DNA from: a virus
Taxonomy: Duplodnaviria > Heunggongvirae > Uroviricota > Caudoviricetes
Length of the DNA stretch: 38,845 bases
Strand: one strand, 5' to 3'
Virus record (IMG/VR): IMGVR_UViG_3300031712_000052
Span: 94,666 to 133,510 of that record
Both the position numbers and the translations under genes were made by a program. Positions within the stretch are counted from its first letter, which is position 1; every line of letters starts with the position of its first letter. Positions 21,927 to 31,625 of this stretch are shown in pieces. The notes under the pieces are model-generated. The model was not told where the DNA came from. It made no database searches and saw nothing but the letters and a program-made list of their open reading frames with translations.

Positions 21927-22139
21927 CTAGTGCGACGCTTCAGGGGCCTCTGCAGGTATGGGAGTCCTGTAGGGGCCCATGAGTGTCTCTCCATGATCTA
22001 GTCTGTAGGCCAACTCTTCAGCAGATACCTCTTTAACTCCTAGAGATTGCATGTCTGGGTGATACTTACACGCTGGGCATCTTCCAGTGTTATCCAGGAA
22101 TGCTTTGCAGCTGTCATCGTGGTACATCAGTTTTGGCAT
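21927..22139 (-). CDS. hypothetical protein with CxxC
   Basis: 70 aa. Confidence 0.5.
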   Translation of the reverse strand: MPKLMYHDDSCKAFLDNTGRCPACKYHPDMQSLGVKEVSAEELAYRLDHGETLMGPYRTPIPAEAPEASH

Positions 22140-22665
22140 TTGGTTTCCTTTTGATCGAGTTTGAGGCTCTGAATACTGGGCAACCTAGTGGCATATTGGC
22201 TGTAATCTCCACAGACATTGCCATGATCTGTCTGAAGTAGCCATCCATCCATGCGTTCTCATCTTCCCCTTCTTCCAGGGGTTTTACCAGTATGTCAGCA
22301 GCGGAGCTGGAGCAGCTGAACCCATAGGGATCACAGTTCCAGCGCAGGCTATTTACTATCCATCCCTTTTTCTTTGCTAGCTCTTGCCAGTTGTCTCGAA
22401 CATTGGAGTAATCTACCAGTTCCGTCATGGTAATGATCGAGGCCATAGTGCACCATAGCGCTACGCAGTATTCATAGCCTTCGAACTCTAGAATTCCGAC
22501 CTTGTTTGGTAGTGGGCCATGGCATGGGTGTAGCCAGTCTAGAATTTCTCGGCCGGTCCATTGGCCAGGTTCTCGCATTAACAGATCGCGTAAGTAGGCA
22601 GCAGGCATTCGCACTCCTTCGTTAAGATCTAGAACTACTGGATACTTATCACACTCTCTCTGCAA
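22114..22665 (-). CDS. hypothetical protein
   Basis: 183 aa. Confidence 0.55.
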   Translation of the reverse strand: MQRECDKYPVVLDLNEGVRMPAAYLRDLLMREPGQWTGREILDWLHPCHGPLPNKVGILEFEGYEYCVALWCTMASIITMTELVDYSNVRDNWQELAKKKGWIVNSLRWNCDPYGFSCSSSAADILVKPLEEGEDENAWMDGYFRQIMAMSVEITANMPLGCPVFRASNSIKRKPNAKTDVPR

Positions 22666-22847
22666 TAATTGTAGTTGTGACGCAGCGTGATCAGATCAGA
22701 AAATATAGTGAAATCATTGGGATAAGTCCTACAGTCCTTCCGACTGTAATCTATTTTGAACAAATGCCCTTGACAAGATCGAACGGGGGTATATGTTCAC
22801 GGTTGGCTGAAGTACATGTTCGATCAACACAGACAATGGAGGCACGT

Positions 22848-23519
22848 ATGTTGTACCGTCAGGATCATGTTAGACTGCTCAAGGTTTTTGCTAAGGAGTT
22901 GCCGAAGCGGCCGAGTTTGAAGGTAGCCGATTTGACTAAGGCGTTCTCTGATATTCAGAAGCGCAAGCCAGATTGTGCTAGTTTGAGCCCTGATAGGGCC
23001 TGCAGGAATGCTCTTCGTAAGCCACGTGCTGAGGGGCACATTGAGATTGCGGAGCGTGGGGAGTACAGGCTTACGCAGAAGGGTGTTGCATTCTGCAAGA
23101 CTTTGGACAAGTTCGAGGCTGCTCCAGATCGAAAGGACGGAGAGCCACGCACCAAGAAGTCCAAGGGTAAGAAGGCTGCGAAGAAGGTGGCCAAGAAGGC
23201 AACTGCAAAAAAGGCAGTTGCGGAAAAGACAGTTGCAGAAAAGTCTGCATCAGTGACAAAGGCAGTCAAGAAGGCTGTGGCGCCCAAGAAGGAATCCAAG
23301 TCATCTGCCGAGAAGAAGGTAGAGGCATCAGAGCCCAAGAAGACGAACGGAAAGAAGTCTTCGCCAATCTTGCCGCCATCCAGGAAGGCTTCAAAGCCCA
23401 CTGCTGCAGAGCAGGCTGATGCTGCGGCTATTGCTGCAGAGGCAGCTTCAGAGGACCCAGATGAGGTGGGCGGTGACCCAGAACCGACAGAAGATCTTGC
23501 AGATCAACTGAGCCTCTAG
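22848..23519 (+). CDS. DNA-binding protein with histone H1-like Lys/Ala-rich tail
   Basis: SD GGAGG before ATG 22848; helical N-terminal domain, AKKVAKKATAKKAV repeats, acidic end. Confidence 0.72.
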   Translation: MLYRQDHVRLLKVFAKELPKRPSLKVADLTKAFSDIQKRKPDCASLSPDRACRNALRKPRAEGHIEIAERGEYRLTQKGVAFCKTLDKFEAAPDRKDGEPRTKKSKGKKAAKKVAKKATAKKAVAEKTVAEKSASVTKAVKKAVAPKKESKSSAEKKVEASEPKKTNGKKSSPILPPSRKASKPTAAEQADAAAIAAEAASEDPDEVGGDPEPTEDLADQLSL

Positions 23520-23541
23520 TTAGCAGAGTACGAGTTCACAG

Positions 23542-23570
23542 GAAGAGCCCCCTAGTTAGGGGGCTCTTTC
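23542..23570 (+). terminator. intrinsic terminator
   Basis: GAAGAGCCCCCT/AGGGGGCTCTTT stem. Confidence 0.6.
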
Positions 23571-23586
23571 CATTTATGGAGGTTTC

Positions 23587-24108
23587 ATGTCTGATCATCC
23601 AGAAAAGCAAGACGTACTGGGAGAGTACAAAGCTGTACTTGCTCAGTGTTACGAACTACAAAAAGTGCTGGAGGATAAACTGATCGCATGTAACAATGCG
23701 GATATTTTTCCATCACCGCCACCATTGACCAGATTCAGACTGCCCGAGACTAGGGACAGCATCACACACAACGTAAACTTCAGGGTGGATGGTGAAGACT
23801 TAGCTGTGTACATACAGCCCAGTTTCTACAGTGATGGTGTGATGGGAGAGGTGTTTCTAAAGGCAGACAGGCAGGGATCTTTTGTGTCCGGCCTGACGGA
23901 TGCTATATCAATCATTCTCTCTGTAGCACTTCAGTATGGCGTCCCACTTACGCACATAGTGGAAAAGCTGAAGGGGTCTAGATCTGGAGAAGGCGTGTGT
24001 GCGTTGGGAACTCCTCCGATCAAACGCTGTAAGAGTGTAGTAGACTACTTGGCACAGTGGCTTGAACGTGCAGTTTCGCTAAAATCGTGTGATAAGAAAC
24101 AAGCATAG
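23587..24108 (+). CDS. stand-alone TSCPD-like domain (class II ribonucleotide reductase C-terminal related)
   Basis: GEVFL, ISIILSVALQYGVPL, CKSVVDYLAQWL. Confidence 0.72.
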   Translation: MSDHPEKQDVLGEYKAVLAQCYELQKVLEDKLIACNNADIFPSPPPLTRFRLPETRDSITHNVNFRVDGEDLAVYIQPSFYSDGVMGEVFLKADRQGSFVSGLTDAISIILSVALQYGVPLTHIVEKLKGSRSGEGVCALGTPPIKRCKSVVDYLAQWLERAVSLKSCDKKQA

Positions 24109-24171
24109 AGGTGTTGACCTAGACTAGGTTCTTGGTCAATGTATACTAACAGTCAGTTCTAGGAGATATTC

Positions 24172-24873
24172 ATGCAAGAAGAGTCGACCACTGTACTGGA
24201 CCAGGATCAGATGGAGCAGGTTAAGGCAAGGACTCTGTGGGAGTACACAACAAAAGAGGAGCGAGAAAAGATCAAGAACAGGATCATTGCTATTGCTCCT
24301 GTGGCGCGTTCTCCAAAGGCAAAGGATATCCTTCATAAGATCAGTCAGGAAGAAAAGGTTGAGGACCGTGAGGCTGCCTTACTGTGTACGCTGATAAAGA
24401 GAGTAGATGCTTGGGGCAGAAATAAGTTAGCTTTTGTAGCACGGAATGCTTCAGATGAGGCGGGTAGGTTGATAGCGAGTAAAGTAAAGCTGCTCAAGGA
24501 GGCAGAGACGGCGCACAATCGACTGGTAGAATCTGCCAAGGCTAGGGTCAAGAAGGCCATGTCCCAGCTGCAAGAACAACTCGATGAAGAGTTGGATAAG
24601 TTGTCTACTGATAGAGATGCTGCTGGAGACAAGATACGTATTGAGTTCCAACCCAAACTTGATCAACAAGAGGCCAGGTTGAAGGCGATCCGTATCTATG
24701 TGACTGATGCAGCAGGCAAGTTCACTTCGCGTATTCAAGGCATGCCTCTCTACGATCTAGAGAGGATTGCAGAGGGCAAGGTTGTGCGAGTCTTAGAAGA
24801 TTGTGATGGTGTGGAGCAAACTGTTGAGGTCATGTGCCCGGACATGATCCGTGAAACTGTAGAAGGGCCCTAG
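24172..24873 (+). CDS. hypothetical coiled-coil protein
   Basis: 233 aa, SD AGGAG. Confidence 0.7.
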   Translation: MQEESTTVLDQDQMEQVKARTLWEYTTKEEREKIKNRIIAIAPVARSPKAKDILHKISQEEKVEDREAALLCTLIKRVDAWGRNKLAFVARNASDEAGRLIASKVKLLKEAETAHNRLVESAKARVKKAMSQLQEQLDEELDKLSTDRDAAGDKIRIEFQPKLDQQEARLKAIRIYVTDAAGKFTSRIQGMPLYDLERIAEGKVVRVLEDCDGVEQTVEVMCPDMIRETVEGP

Positions 24874-24876
24874 ATA

Positions 24877-25617
24877 ATGATGGCTGGCGTAATAACCGCC
24901 GCCATCATGGCACTTGCTCCTATTAAAGTAGCAAGTGTGGTGGATCTATATACCAGTGCCATAGTCCGGTCTACGGAGGCACGGGATATAGATCCACTGC
25001 TAGTCGTCTCCATAATTCATGTGGAAACTGGTGGTAGGTGGGAAAGTGATCTAATTAGCCCATCACATGATTACGGGCTGATGCAGCCCCATGTTAGCAA
25101 GACCACCAATGTGAATTATATAGGTAGAGAAGAGGAGCTACTTGATCCGGACACCAACATAGAGATTGGTGTGATTATGCTGATCTCTTGGAGGAAGTAC
25201 CACTCGAAGCACTGTAAGGGTAACCATCACAAATGGTGGGCACACTACAAATGGGGCGTTGAAGTCAAAGACAATATCTACAGCAGGAAAGTGTATAGAG
25301 TCTACACTCGCGTGAAAAGGCGTGTACACCTACTGTGCGACCTAGGAGGAAAACATGATCATAGTTGTGGAGGGGTTGGATGCCAGTGGCAAGAACACAC
25401 AAACCAGAATTCTAGAGAGGTTGCTGCATCCATCCCAGAGAATTTCATTCCCACGATACGAAGGTCCATTTGGACAGGTGCTCAAGAAGCACCTGACAGA
25501 GAGAGTAGCTCTGTTCGAGAGAGACTCCTCCGCGATACCACAGTGGGAGCGGTCTCCAGACGACGCCGCCGCTTTCCAAGCCCTGATGACTATGGACAAA
25601 TACGATGCCGCGTCTGA
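24877..25617 (+). CDS. lytic transglycosylase (SLT domain)
   Basis: IIHVETGG catalytic Glu, YGLMQ, DPDTNIEIG; tail runs over tmk. Confidence 0.75.
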   Translation: MMAGVITAAIMALAPIKVASVVDLYTSAIVRSTEARDIDPLLVVSIIHVETGGRWESDLISPSHDYGLMQPHVSKTTNVNYIGREEELLDPDTNIEIGVIMLISWRKYHSKHCKGNHHKWWAHYKWGVEVKDNIYSRKVYRVYTRVKRRVHLLCDLGGKHDHSCGGVGCQWQEHTNQNSREVAASIPENFIPTIRRSIWTGAQEAPDRESSSVRERLLRDTTVGAVSRRRRRFPSPDDYGQIRCRV

Positions 25618-26020
25618 GATCAAAGCTCTTGATCGAAAAGGCATCCACGTCATTCTAGACCGTTACTGGCCAAGTTCCTGCTGTTATGGAGCTGATGATG
25701 GCCTAGACTTCAGTAGCATGATCCGAATTAATTCCTGTCTGCCACAAGCAGATTTGAACATCCTCTTGGATATTTCTGTAGAGGAGGCCACCAGAAGAAG
25801 GCCGGAGGCCAGGGACAGGTACGAGCGAGACAAGGAGAAGCTGAGGAACATAAGAGATCGGTACCTCCACATGTGGAATGTAATGGGTGTGGGGATAGAG
25901 AAGAAAGCTTGGGTGGTACTGAATGGAGAGAAGGATGAGACGGAGATCACACGTCAGATTCTGGCAGTAGGAGTAGACGCTGGCTACAATCTCCACATCA
26001 AGGAGAACCCAGATGTCTGA
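25355..26020 (+). CDS. tmk: thymidylate kinase
   Basis: IVVEGLDASGKNTQ P-loop, ILDRY, PQADLNILLD. Confidence 0.9.
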   Translation: MIIVVEGLDASGKNTQTRILERLLHPSQRISFPRYEGPFGQVLKKHLTERVALFERDSSAIPQWERSPDDAAAFQALMTMDKYDAASEIKALDRKGIHVILDRYWPSSCCYGADDGLDFSSMIRINSCLPQADLNILLDISVEEATRRRPEARDRYERDKEKLRNIRDRYLHMWNVMGVGIEKKAWVVLNGEKDETEITRQILAVGVDAGYNLHIKENPDV

Positions 26021-26420
26021 AGCTGCTCTGCAACTGGTAGTACAGTACGACAACATAGACTGCTGCAACTGTGGGATGACCTTTGCCGTTCCCGTAGCAT
26101 GGGAAAGGGAGAGACGCTCGAATCATACTGGTTTCTTTTGTCCTAATGGACATCCCCTAATCTTCAACGGGCCATCAGTACTAGAAAAGCAGGTAAAAGA
26201 AAAAGAGGAAGAAATAGCGAGACTGAAGTCTAGGTTAGACTGGAAAGAGAAGTCTCTGTTGTCAGCTAACCGTAGCAACATTGCTCTACGGGGACAGAGG
26301 ACGAAGCTGAAGAACCGGATAAGCAATGGGGTGTGTCCGTGTTGTCATAGAAGCTTCTGCCAACTTCAGCGACATATGAAGACCAAGCATCCAGATTGGG
26401 TAGGTAAAGAAGCGCAGTGA
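26013..26420 (+). CDS. Zn-finger hypothetical protein
   Basis: CxxC, CPNGH, CPCC..HMKTKH. Confidence 0.68.
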   Translation: MSEAALQLVVQYDNIDCCNCGMTFAVPVAWERERRSNHTGFFCPNGHPLIFNGPSVLEKQVKEKEEEIARLKSRLDWKEKSLLSANRSNIALRGQRTKLKNRISNGVCPCCHRSFCQLQRHMKTKHPDWVGKEAQ

Positions 26421-26427
26421 GATCGAG

Positions 26428-26458
26428 CATCCCAGCCCCCTAAAGGGGGCTGGGGATG
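26428..26458. terminator. GC-rich hairpin between convergent genes
   Basis: AGCCCCC-TAAA-GGGGGCT with flanking CATCCC/GGGATG. Confidence 0.55.
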
Positions 26459-26465
26459 TGGGGCT

Positions 26466-27065
26466 CTAGGCTTTGGCTTCTTCTTGTACAGCCAAAGCTG
26501 CAGCAGCTTTGCGTGCTTTCTTTCCTCCAGGTCTGATCTTGCTTTCTGAAGAGGCAATAGTCTCTTCAGTGTTTTCTGGAGAGGTGGTGTGTACCACCTC
26601 ACTCAGACTGAACCTCAGGGGGCCTTGGTCTGGGGCGATTTCGTAGTATATGTGTTTCCACTTCTTGATCTTCTTGCTGGCCGTGTCCTCCTCTTCGAAG
26701 TGAGTTACTGTCTTGCACACATCCAGCTCACCTAGAAGTGGGTAGGACGTCATCAACTCCCCCATCAACTCCTGTACATCTTGGACAGACGGCTCTTCAT
26801 CTTGCCCGAACTGCAGCACCCTCACACCCCGTATATTTCGAAACGTCTGGAGCTTGTCGACGTATTCGATCTTTAGGGTCAGCAGTCCCACCAATGTGCC
26901 ATTGTCCCACTTATGTCCTGTGTCTGTAACGGTAAAGACACCCTGCGTGTACTCGCAGTCATAACCCCGCACCTTGGCTCTTACAGTCTCTACAGGTTCT
27001 CGTGTAGTTCGCATATTTTTGAGTCCTTTCTGGGTTGCAAACTTGGTCATAGTTCTTATACCCAC
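26466..27065 (-). CDS. hypothetical protein
   Basis: About 199 aa, start uncertain. Confidence 0.6.
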   Translation of the reverse strand: MGIRTMTKFATQKGLKNMRTTREPVETVRAKVRGYDCEYTQGVFTVTDTGHKWDNGTLVGLLTLKIEYVDKLQTFRNIRGVRVLQFGQDEEPSVQDVQELMGELMTSYPLLGELDVCKTVTHFEEEDTASKKIKKWKHIYYEIAPDQGPLRFSLSEVVHTTSPENTEETIASSESKIRPGGKKARKAAAALAVQEEAKA

Positions 27066-27084
27066 CTATTTAAGGAGTTTGCAC

Positions 27085-27678
27085 ATGACTGAAGTTCAAA
27101 TAGGCATAGATGAGGCTGGCGTAGGACCACTTGCCGGCCCACTAGTTGCAGCTGTAGTAGCATTACCCTACCACCTCAGACTACGCGGAGTTAAAGACTC
27201 CAAGAAGATGACAGAGAATTCCAGAGAGTGCGTAATTGATCTGATTCACAGGAGCGCACTGTTTTACGAGGTGCGGTTTGCTCAGCCAGATCAGATAGAC
27301 AGAGAGGGTATATGGGGCGCCTGGAAGACCATCTGTACTGAGTTAGTGACTCGTGTACGAGAGAGGTTCCCCGAACACGAGGTACTAGTGGATGGCAACA
27401 GACTCATAGGCACACTCAGGCACATAACACCCATAGTTGGTGGGGATACGATACATCAGTGCATATCTGCCGCCTCCATACTGGCTAAGCAGGCACAGTG
27501 TGGGGCTATGCTAGACTTGCACAAGAAGTATCCCATGTACCACTTTGATCGTCATCACGGATACCCAGTTCCAGATCACTACAAAGCATTAGAGGAGAAT
27601 GGACCATGCCCAGCGCACAGACAGAGTTACCGGCCAGTACAGCAAGCCTCTCGACATGCTGGTTCGAGACGAGGCTAG
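27085..27678 (+). CDS. rnhB: ribonuclease HII
   Basis: GIDEAGVGPLAGP, DSKK, VLVDG, ISAASILAK, HHGYP; SD AAGGAG. Confidence 0.92.
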   Translation: MTEVQIGIDEAGVGPLAGPLVAAVVALPYHLRLRGVKDSKKMTENSRECVIDLIHRSALFYEVRFAQPDQIDREGIWGAWKTICTELVTRVRERFPEHEVLVDGNRLIGTLRHITPIVGGDTIHQCISAASILAKQAQCGAMLDLHKKYPMYHFDRHHGYPVPDHYKALEENGPCPAHRQSYRPVQQASRHAGSRRG

Positions 27679-27856
27679 GCGTACGGTATGAGTTTCCAGA
27701 CATGCAGAGTGATAGTGTAGACATGGTTGTCAGGCAGCTCCATGATGCGGTATTTACCAGTATCTCATGCTGCAATATCAGCAGAGCGGTGCTAATCTTA
27801 CCAAAACAGATCTTACAGAAAGCTGGAGTTAACAGTCGTTGTTTTTGGGAGGCAGA

Positions 27857-28150
27857 ATGGAGTCAACTAAACCCACCAGGTCAGTATCAAGAGGATTGAA
27901 CAAGGTACCCTCATGTGTGAACTGTGGGGATACGCCTTGTAGAAGTGTGTTCGAGAGCTTGCTGCTGTGCGATAGATGCTACTACCATGTTCACTTCCTG
28001 TTGAAGAAGTGCAAGAGAGAGTTTGCAATGGCGTTTGATGTGTACAAGAAGATCTTACGTGCAGCAGCTCTCGAGAAGAAACTACTAATACAGAAGGGAA
28101 TGCAGGATGTCCAAAAAAGTAAAGCCACCACAGTGCGTGGCAAGATGTAA
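27857..28150 (+). CDS. hypothetical protein with CxxC pairs
   Basis: SD GGAGG, ATG 27857. Confidence 0.55.
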   Translation: MESTKPTRSVSRGLNKVPSCVNCGDTPCRSVFESLLLCDRCYYHVHFLLKKCKREFAMAFDVYKKILRAAALEKKLLIQKGMQDVQKSKATTVRGKM

Positions 28151-28328
28151 ACACTGTGGATCGGTTAAAGAGTTAGACATGCAGCAGTACTCTGTGGGGG
28201 ATGAGTTGATTCCATATCCAGGGGGCGGGGACTATGGATATTGCTGGAAGTGTAAGAAGAAGGGCATGATCATAATCGAGGTTCCCAGATATCCACCGAA
28301 AGGACCAGTAGGATGGGTGAAGACGTAG
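28107..28328 (+). CDS. small Zn-ribbon protein
   Basis: CKHC and CWKC. Confidence 0.55.
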   Translation: MSKKVKPPQCVARCKHCGSVKELDMQQYSVGDELIPYPGGGDYGYCWKCKKKGMIIIEVPRYPPKGPVGWVKT

Positions 28329-28750
28329 TTACCGGAATAGAGATACACAAAAATGGAGTATTGGTGGCCCTGGCATTGCCACCTAGCACAGCTGAGATAC
28401 CACCCTTCTTTGCTGGGGTAGATTCGATTAAACTGTACTACTTCAAGAGGGTGTCCCTGGTTCCAACTGTGGTGTTTGAACACCTGGCTGGAGACTCACT
28501 ATCAAAGTGGTTGAACGATTGCCAGATAGTGGGGGTCCCGCTTGGAGGTCCTCTAAGATCAGAAGCAGAAACCTTGAAGTATGTGCACGGCAGAAGTGAG
28601 GTCATGCGTGGAAAAACTACTATCGCATCTGTCCTGCTGGCAGACCTGCACTTTACCAAGCACATGGAGCCATATCAGTGGTCTATCTATCTACCTGAAA
28701 TCTATAGGAAGTTCCTGGCTTTGGGCCCAGCAGAACGTATTTCCTCTTGA
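28313..28750 (+). CDS. hypothetical protein
   Basis: 145 aa. Confidence 0.55.
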   Translation: MGEDVVTGIEIHKNGVLVALALPPSTAEIPPFFAGVDSIKLYYFKRVSLVPTVVFEHLAGDSLSKWLNDCQIVGVPLGGPLRSEAETLKYVHGRSEVMRGKTTIASVLLADLHFTKHMEPYQWSIYLPEIYRKFLALGPAERISS

Positions 28751-28774
28751 CGGATACAGACAGCGTGTGTACAC

Positions 28775-28806
28775 CTAAAGAAAAGCCCCTTCGGGCTTTT
28801 CTTTAG
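28775..28806 (+). terminator. intrinsic terminator-like hairpin
   Basis: Perfect 14-bp stem CTAAAGAAAAGCCC/GGGCTTTTCTTTAG. Confidence 0.65.
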
Positions 28807-28811
28807 CCCAC

Positions 28812-29096
28812 ATGCGAAAAGCAATAGAACCCACCAACGTAGATCAGGTAAGGCCGCCCATAAAGCCCTGCCTAACACTCGACCAGTTGGACGAGTACTG
28901 GGAAGAGCGGGGTATGAAGTATCGGGTAGACACGCTTCATAAGGCGTGTCTCAGTTACGGAATGAACGTAGCTATAGATCGGCCAAAGTTCAGAGCCATG
29001 TTGTACGGCATACTGAAGAACTTCTTGGTGGATGGGGAATCACTACTCGATCCAAAGAAGGCGCCTTTGCCCTCTTGGCCGAAGGTTGGACCATGA
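28812..29096 (+). CDS. hypothetical protein
   Basis: 94 aa, ATGA-coupled to next gene. Confidence 0.55.
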   Translation: MRKAIEPTNVDQVRPPIKPCLTLDQLDEYWEERGMKYRVDTLHKACLSYGMNVAIDRPKFRAMLYGILKNFLVDGESLLDPKKAPLPSWPKVGP

Positions 29097-30163
29097 CATT
29101 GAGAATCAACAAGGGCGTAGTTCAGTTCAACAAACCAGTGACCGAGGTCAGGAGAACAATGCAAAAGCCTCTATCTCCGGAACAGCAAGCAGCTCAAGAT
29201 CGAATGGCCGGCATAAAGGCTGGAGCTAGGCCAGTGGGTGGGATACCGAGAGTACGAATTCCCCCACTGGATGCAGACCCACTACCTGGTGGAGGGTCTA
29301 TGTCTGCACAAGCAGAGGCTCTCAGAGACCCTACAAATCCACTAAGCCCGGCATACAGCCCTGAGCTAGCTGCAATGGCTGCTCGGGAGCGTTCTACTGG
29401 TCAAGGTCCTTTCGATCTATTGCCAGATTCCGCAGTAGAAGACCCTGGGTTCATTCCCGGCATTGGCTCCAGAGTGGCAGCTAACCAGCCTAACGTACAG
29501 CAAGGTCCGCCGAAAGGACCATTAGGGCAGCTACGACCGGAGACTCTACAAGATCTGGAGAAGTTGAACACGCTTCAGAAAACTGCAGAGCAGGTCCAAC
29601 AGTCGGAGGCACAGAAGGAGGAGGCTAAAGCTGCGGAAGTAGAGAGGCAGATAGTGGACAGTGCTGCACAGCAGGTCGCTGAGTTGGGTTCCTTGATGAG
29701 TGGGAGTGATTGGGATCAGCTCAATAACCCTACTCGTAGAAAAGAGATCGAATCACGCTTGAGCCCGATGAAGCTTGAGGATATTTTGATCTATGGGGAG
29801 GTACGTCAGGAGGTTCCAGTCGTTCCTGACAAGTGCGTGTTCTTCTTCAGGTCCTCTAGTGGGGCAGAAGACTTGGCAGTCAAGAGAATGATGTTCGGGG
29901 AGCAGGGTGGAGACAGGTACATGCTAGACAAGTTCTCCTTGATGAACCTTGCCCTAGGAGTTATCTCCATAAATGGTATGCAGTTGCCATCTCACCTCGA
30001 TAGCAAGAAGAAGTTCGATGAGAAGCTGTTCCAGAAGAAGTTCGACATGTTGATGCGCTTTCCAATCCAGCTACTGGCGGATATGGGGGTGCAATACATG
30101 TGGTTTGATTACAGGGTAAGGCAGTTATTCACCAAGTCCACGGAGGTCCTAAAAAACTCCTAG
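29093..30163 (+). CDS. probable tail/baseplate assembly chaperone (G-like)
   Basis: Disordered N-half, globular C-half; ends 3 codons after A-AAA-AAC heptamer; family assignment is inference. Confidence 0.55.
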   Translation: MTLRINKGVVQFNKPVTEVRRTMQKPLSPEQQAAQDRMAGIKAGARPVGGIPRVRIPPLDADPLPGGGSMSAQAEALRDPTNPLSPAYSPELAAMAARERSTGQGPFDLLPDSAVEDPGFIPGIGSRVAANQPNVQQGPPKGPLGQLRPETLQDLEKLNTLQKTAEQVQQSEAQKEEAKAAEVERQIVDSAAQQVAELGSLMSGSDWDQLNNPTRRKEIESRLSPMKLEDILIYGEVRQEVPVVPDKCVFFFRSSSGAEDLAVKRMMFGEQGGDRYMLDKFSLMNLALGVISINGMQLPSHLDSKKKFDEKLFQKKFDMLMRFPIQLLADMGVQYMWFDYRVRQLFTKSTEVLKNS

Positions 30164-30549
30164 CGACTCCTCTGGGATGGGCGCGGGCCAATCTTCTCTA
30201 CGATAGATTGGTTGAGCCGCCTGAGCCAGGCACCCCGATGGAGTCGATGATGCTGATGGTCTGGCGATCTAGACAAGATATTAGGCTGTACGAAACAAAA
30301 ACTGTAGCAAACGCAATCATGATAGCTGGACAGGCACCAAGTGCGGAACTGAATAGAGAGCTACAGAAGACCTGGACTGATTATCGAGAAGCACTGTTTC
30401 CATTCTCCAAAGGAATCGAGAAGACGCAAGATAGTAAGGCTCTGGATTATCTCAGAAGCCAGATCAAACAAGGCCCACTCAAGATCATACCGCTTGAACC
30501 GCTTACAAAGGGAGGAAAACGCCGCATGAGAAACAGGAGGCAAGCATGA
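30151..30549 (+). CDS. -1 frame extension (GT-like)
   Basis: Frame open from 30109, no SD/ATG of its own near the start; slippery heptamer 30151-30157. Confidence 0.6.
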   Translation, partial: KKLLATPLGWARANLLYDRLVEPPEPGTPMESMMLMVWRSRQDIRLYETKTVANAIMIAGQAPSAELNRELQKTWTDYREALFPFSKGIEKTQDSKALDYLRSQIKQGPLKIIPLEPLTKGGKRRMRNRRQA

Positions 30550-30917
30550 GTACCTTTCGGCTTTGCCCAGCTTGTGGCTCGTCCAAAGTCACAATGGAAG
30601 GATTGCTAGACAGCAGCCCATCTAAGTGTAAATCTTGTACATGGACTGGCACATGCAATGATCTAGTATTGCATGAGATTGATCCCGATAGGCTACATAT
30701 GATAGCCACTGCTGTGGCTCAGGACTACTTACGTGCACTGGCAAAGCTAGCTGCTGTACCCATTGGTCAGGCTATGACTGCATCAGGTTTGGTGGATGGT
30801 TCTGATCCGAATATGCTTGCAAGACTGATACGCGCTGCAGTTGGTGGCGCACATAAGGCAACACTAGAAGAGATCGTACAGATTCAAGGAGAACTGCAGA
30901 ATGCCAAACCATCTTGA
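30546..30917 (+). CDS. Zn-ribbon hypothetical protein
   Basis: CPAC, CKSC; ATGA coupling. Confidence 0.6.
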   Translation: MSTFRLCPACGSSKVTMEGLLDSSPSKCKSCTWTGTCNDLVLHEIDPDRLHMIATAVAQDYLRALAKLAAVPIGQAMTASGLVDGSDPNMLARLIRAAVGGAHKATLEEIVQIQGELQNAKPS

Positions 30918-31179
30918 TAGCACCTTGTTACATCGCCCTGATGAACACGAGGCAGGTGGTGCAAGTGAGCTCTATTGCTGGATGCCTGGCACGGAAGACA
31001 GGGAGTGTAATGGGTCTTGTGTGGCCTTTGATCCCAGGTTCAATGAAGACCAGCGCTTTACCTCCTGCATGGTTCTAAACACCTTCAGATCTATAGGTCT
31101 GACGGTAGGCATCCAAGCCAACAATCGCAAAGCTGAGGTAGCTAGAGCATCGGAACCAAAACCGCCGGAGGTAAGATGA
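30901..31179 (+). CDS. hypothetical protein
   Basis: 92 aa, SD AAGGAG. Confidence 0.58.
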   Translation: MPNHLDSTLLHRPDEHEAGGASELYCWMPGTEDRECNGSCVAFDPRFNEDQRFTSCMVLNTFRSIGLTVGIQANNRKAEVARASEPKPPEVR

Positions 31180-31625
31180 GAATCATAGGCTTCGCACAGA
31201 CTGTGCGACTAGATCAAACACCAGCAGAGGGCTACGAAATTAGAGTCCTCCTAGATGGTGGAGAAGAGGCCAGTATCCCCACAAATGAGGAAACTGTACA
31301 GGCACTCATACAGCTGTCTCAGGGTATCCACAAGAGCCAGAATCCAGGTGGCTACTCTATTAGTACGCGAGTGGTGCCGGAGGAGAGACTGCCCAGCATG
31401 CCAGAATCGCAGTTTCCACAAGACTATGTAGCGTCTACTGGGGATGAGGACACATCTGAGTTTGGCGGAGATGTGGCTGAGCCGACACCAGCCCCAGTTC
31501 GAAGGGTTTCGACACCTGCCATGGATGAGATGGGTTACCCCATAGTCCCACAGTCTACGCAGTCTGAGAGTATGCCCAGGCCAGCATTTCTGGGCAATGA
31601 CGATGAGGATGGACAGCAGATATGA
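31176..31625 (+). CDS. hypothetical acidic protein
   Basis: 149 aa, ATGA coupling. Confidence 0.62.
   Translation: MRIIGFAQTVRLDQTPAEGYEIRVLLDGGEEASIPTNEETVQALIQLSQGIHKSQNPGGYSISTRVVPEERLPSMPESQFPQDYVASTGDEDTSEFGGDVAEPTPAPVRRVSTPAMDEMGYPIVPQSTQSESMPRPAFLGNDDEDGQQI

Noticed and set aside
24114-24139. TTGACC...GGTCAA inverted repeat
   Set aside because: Only 6 bp and not similar to the 16205 palindrome; could be chance
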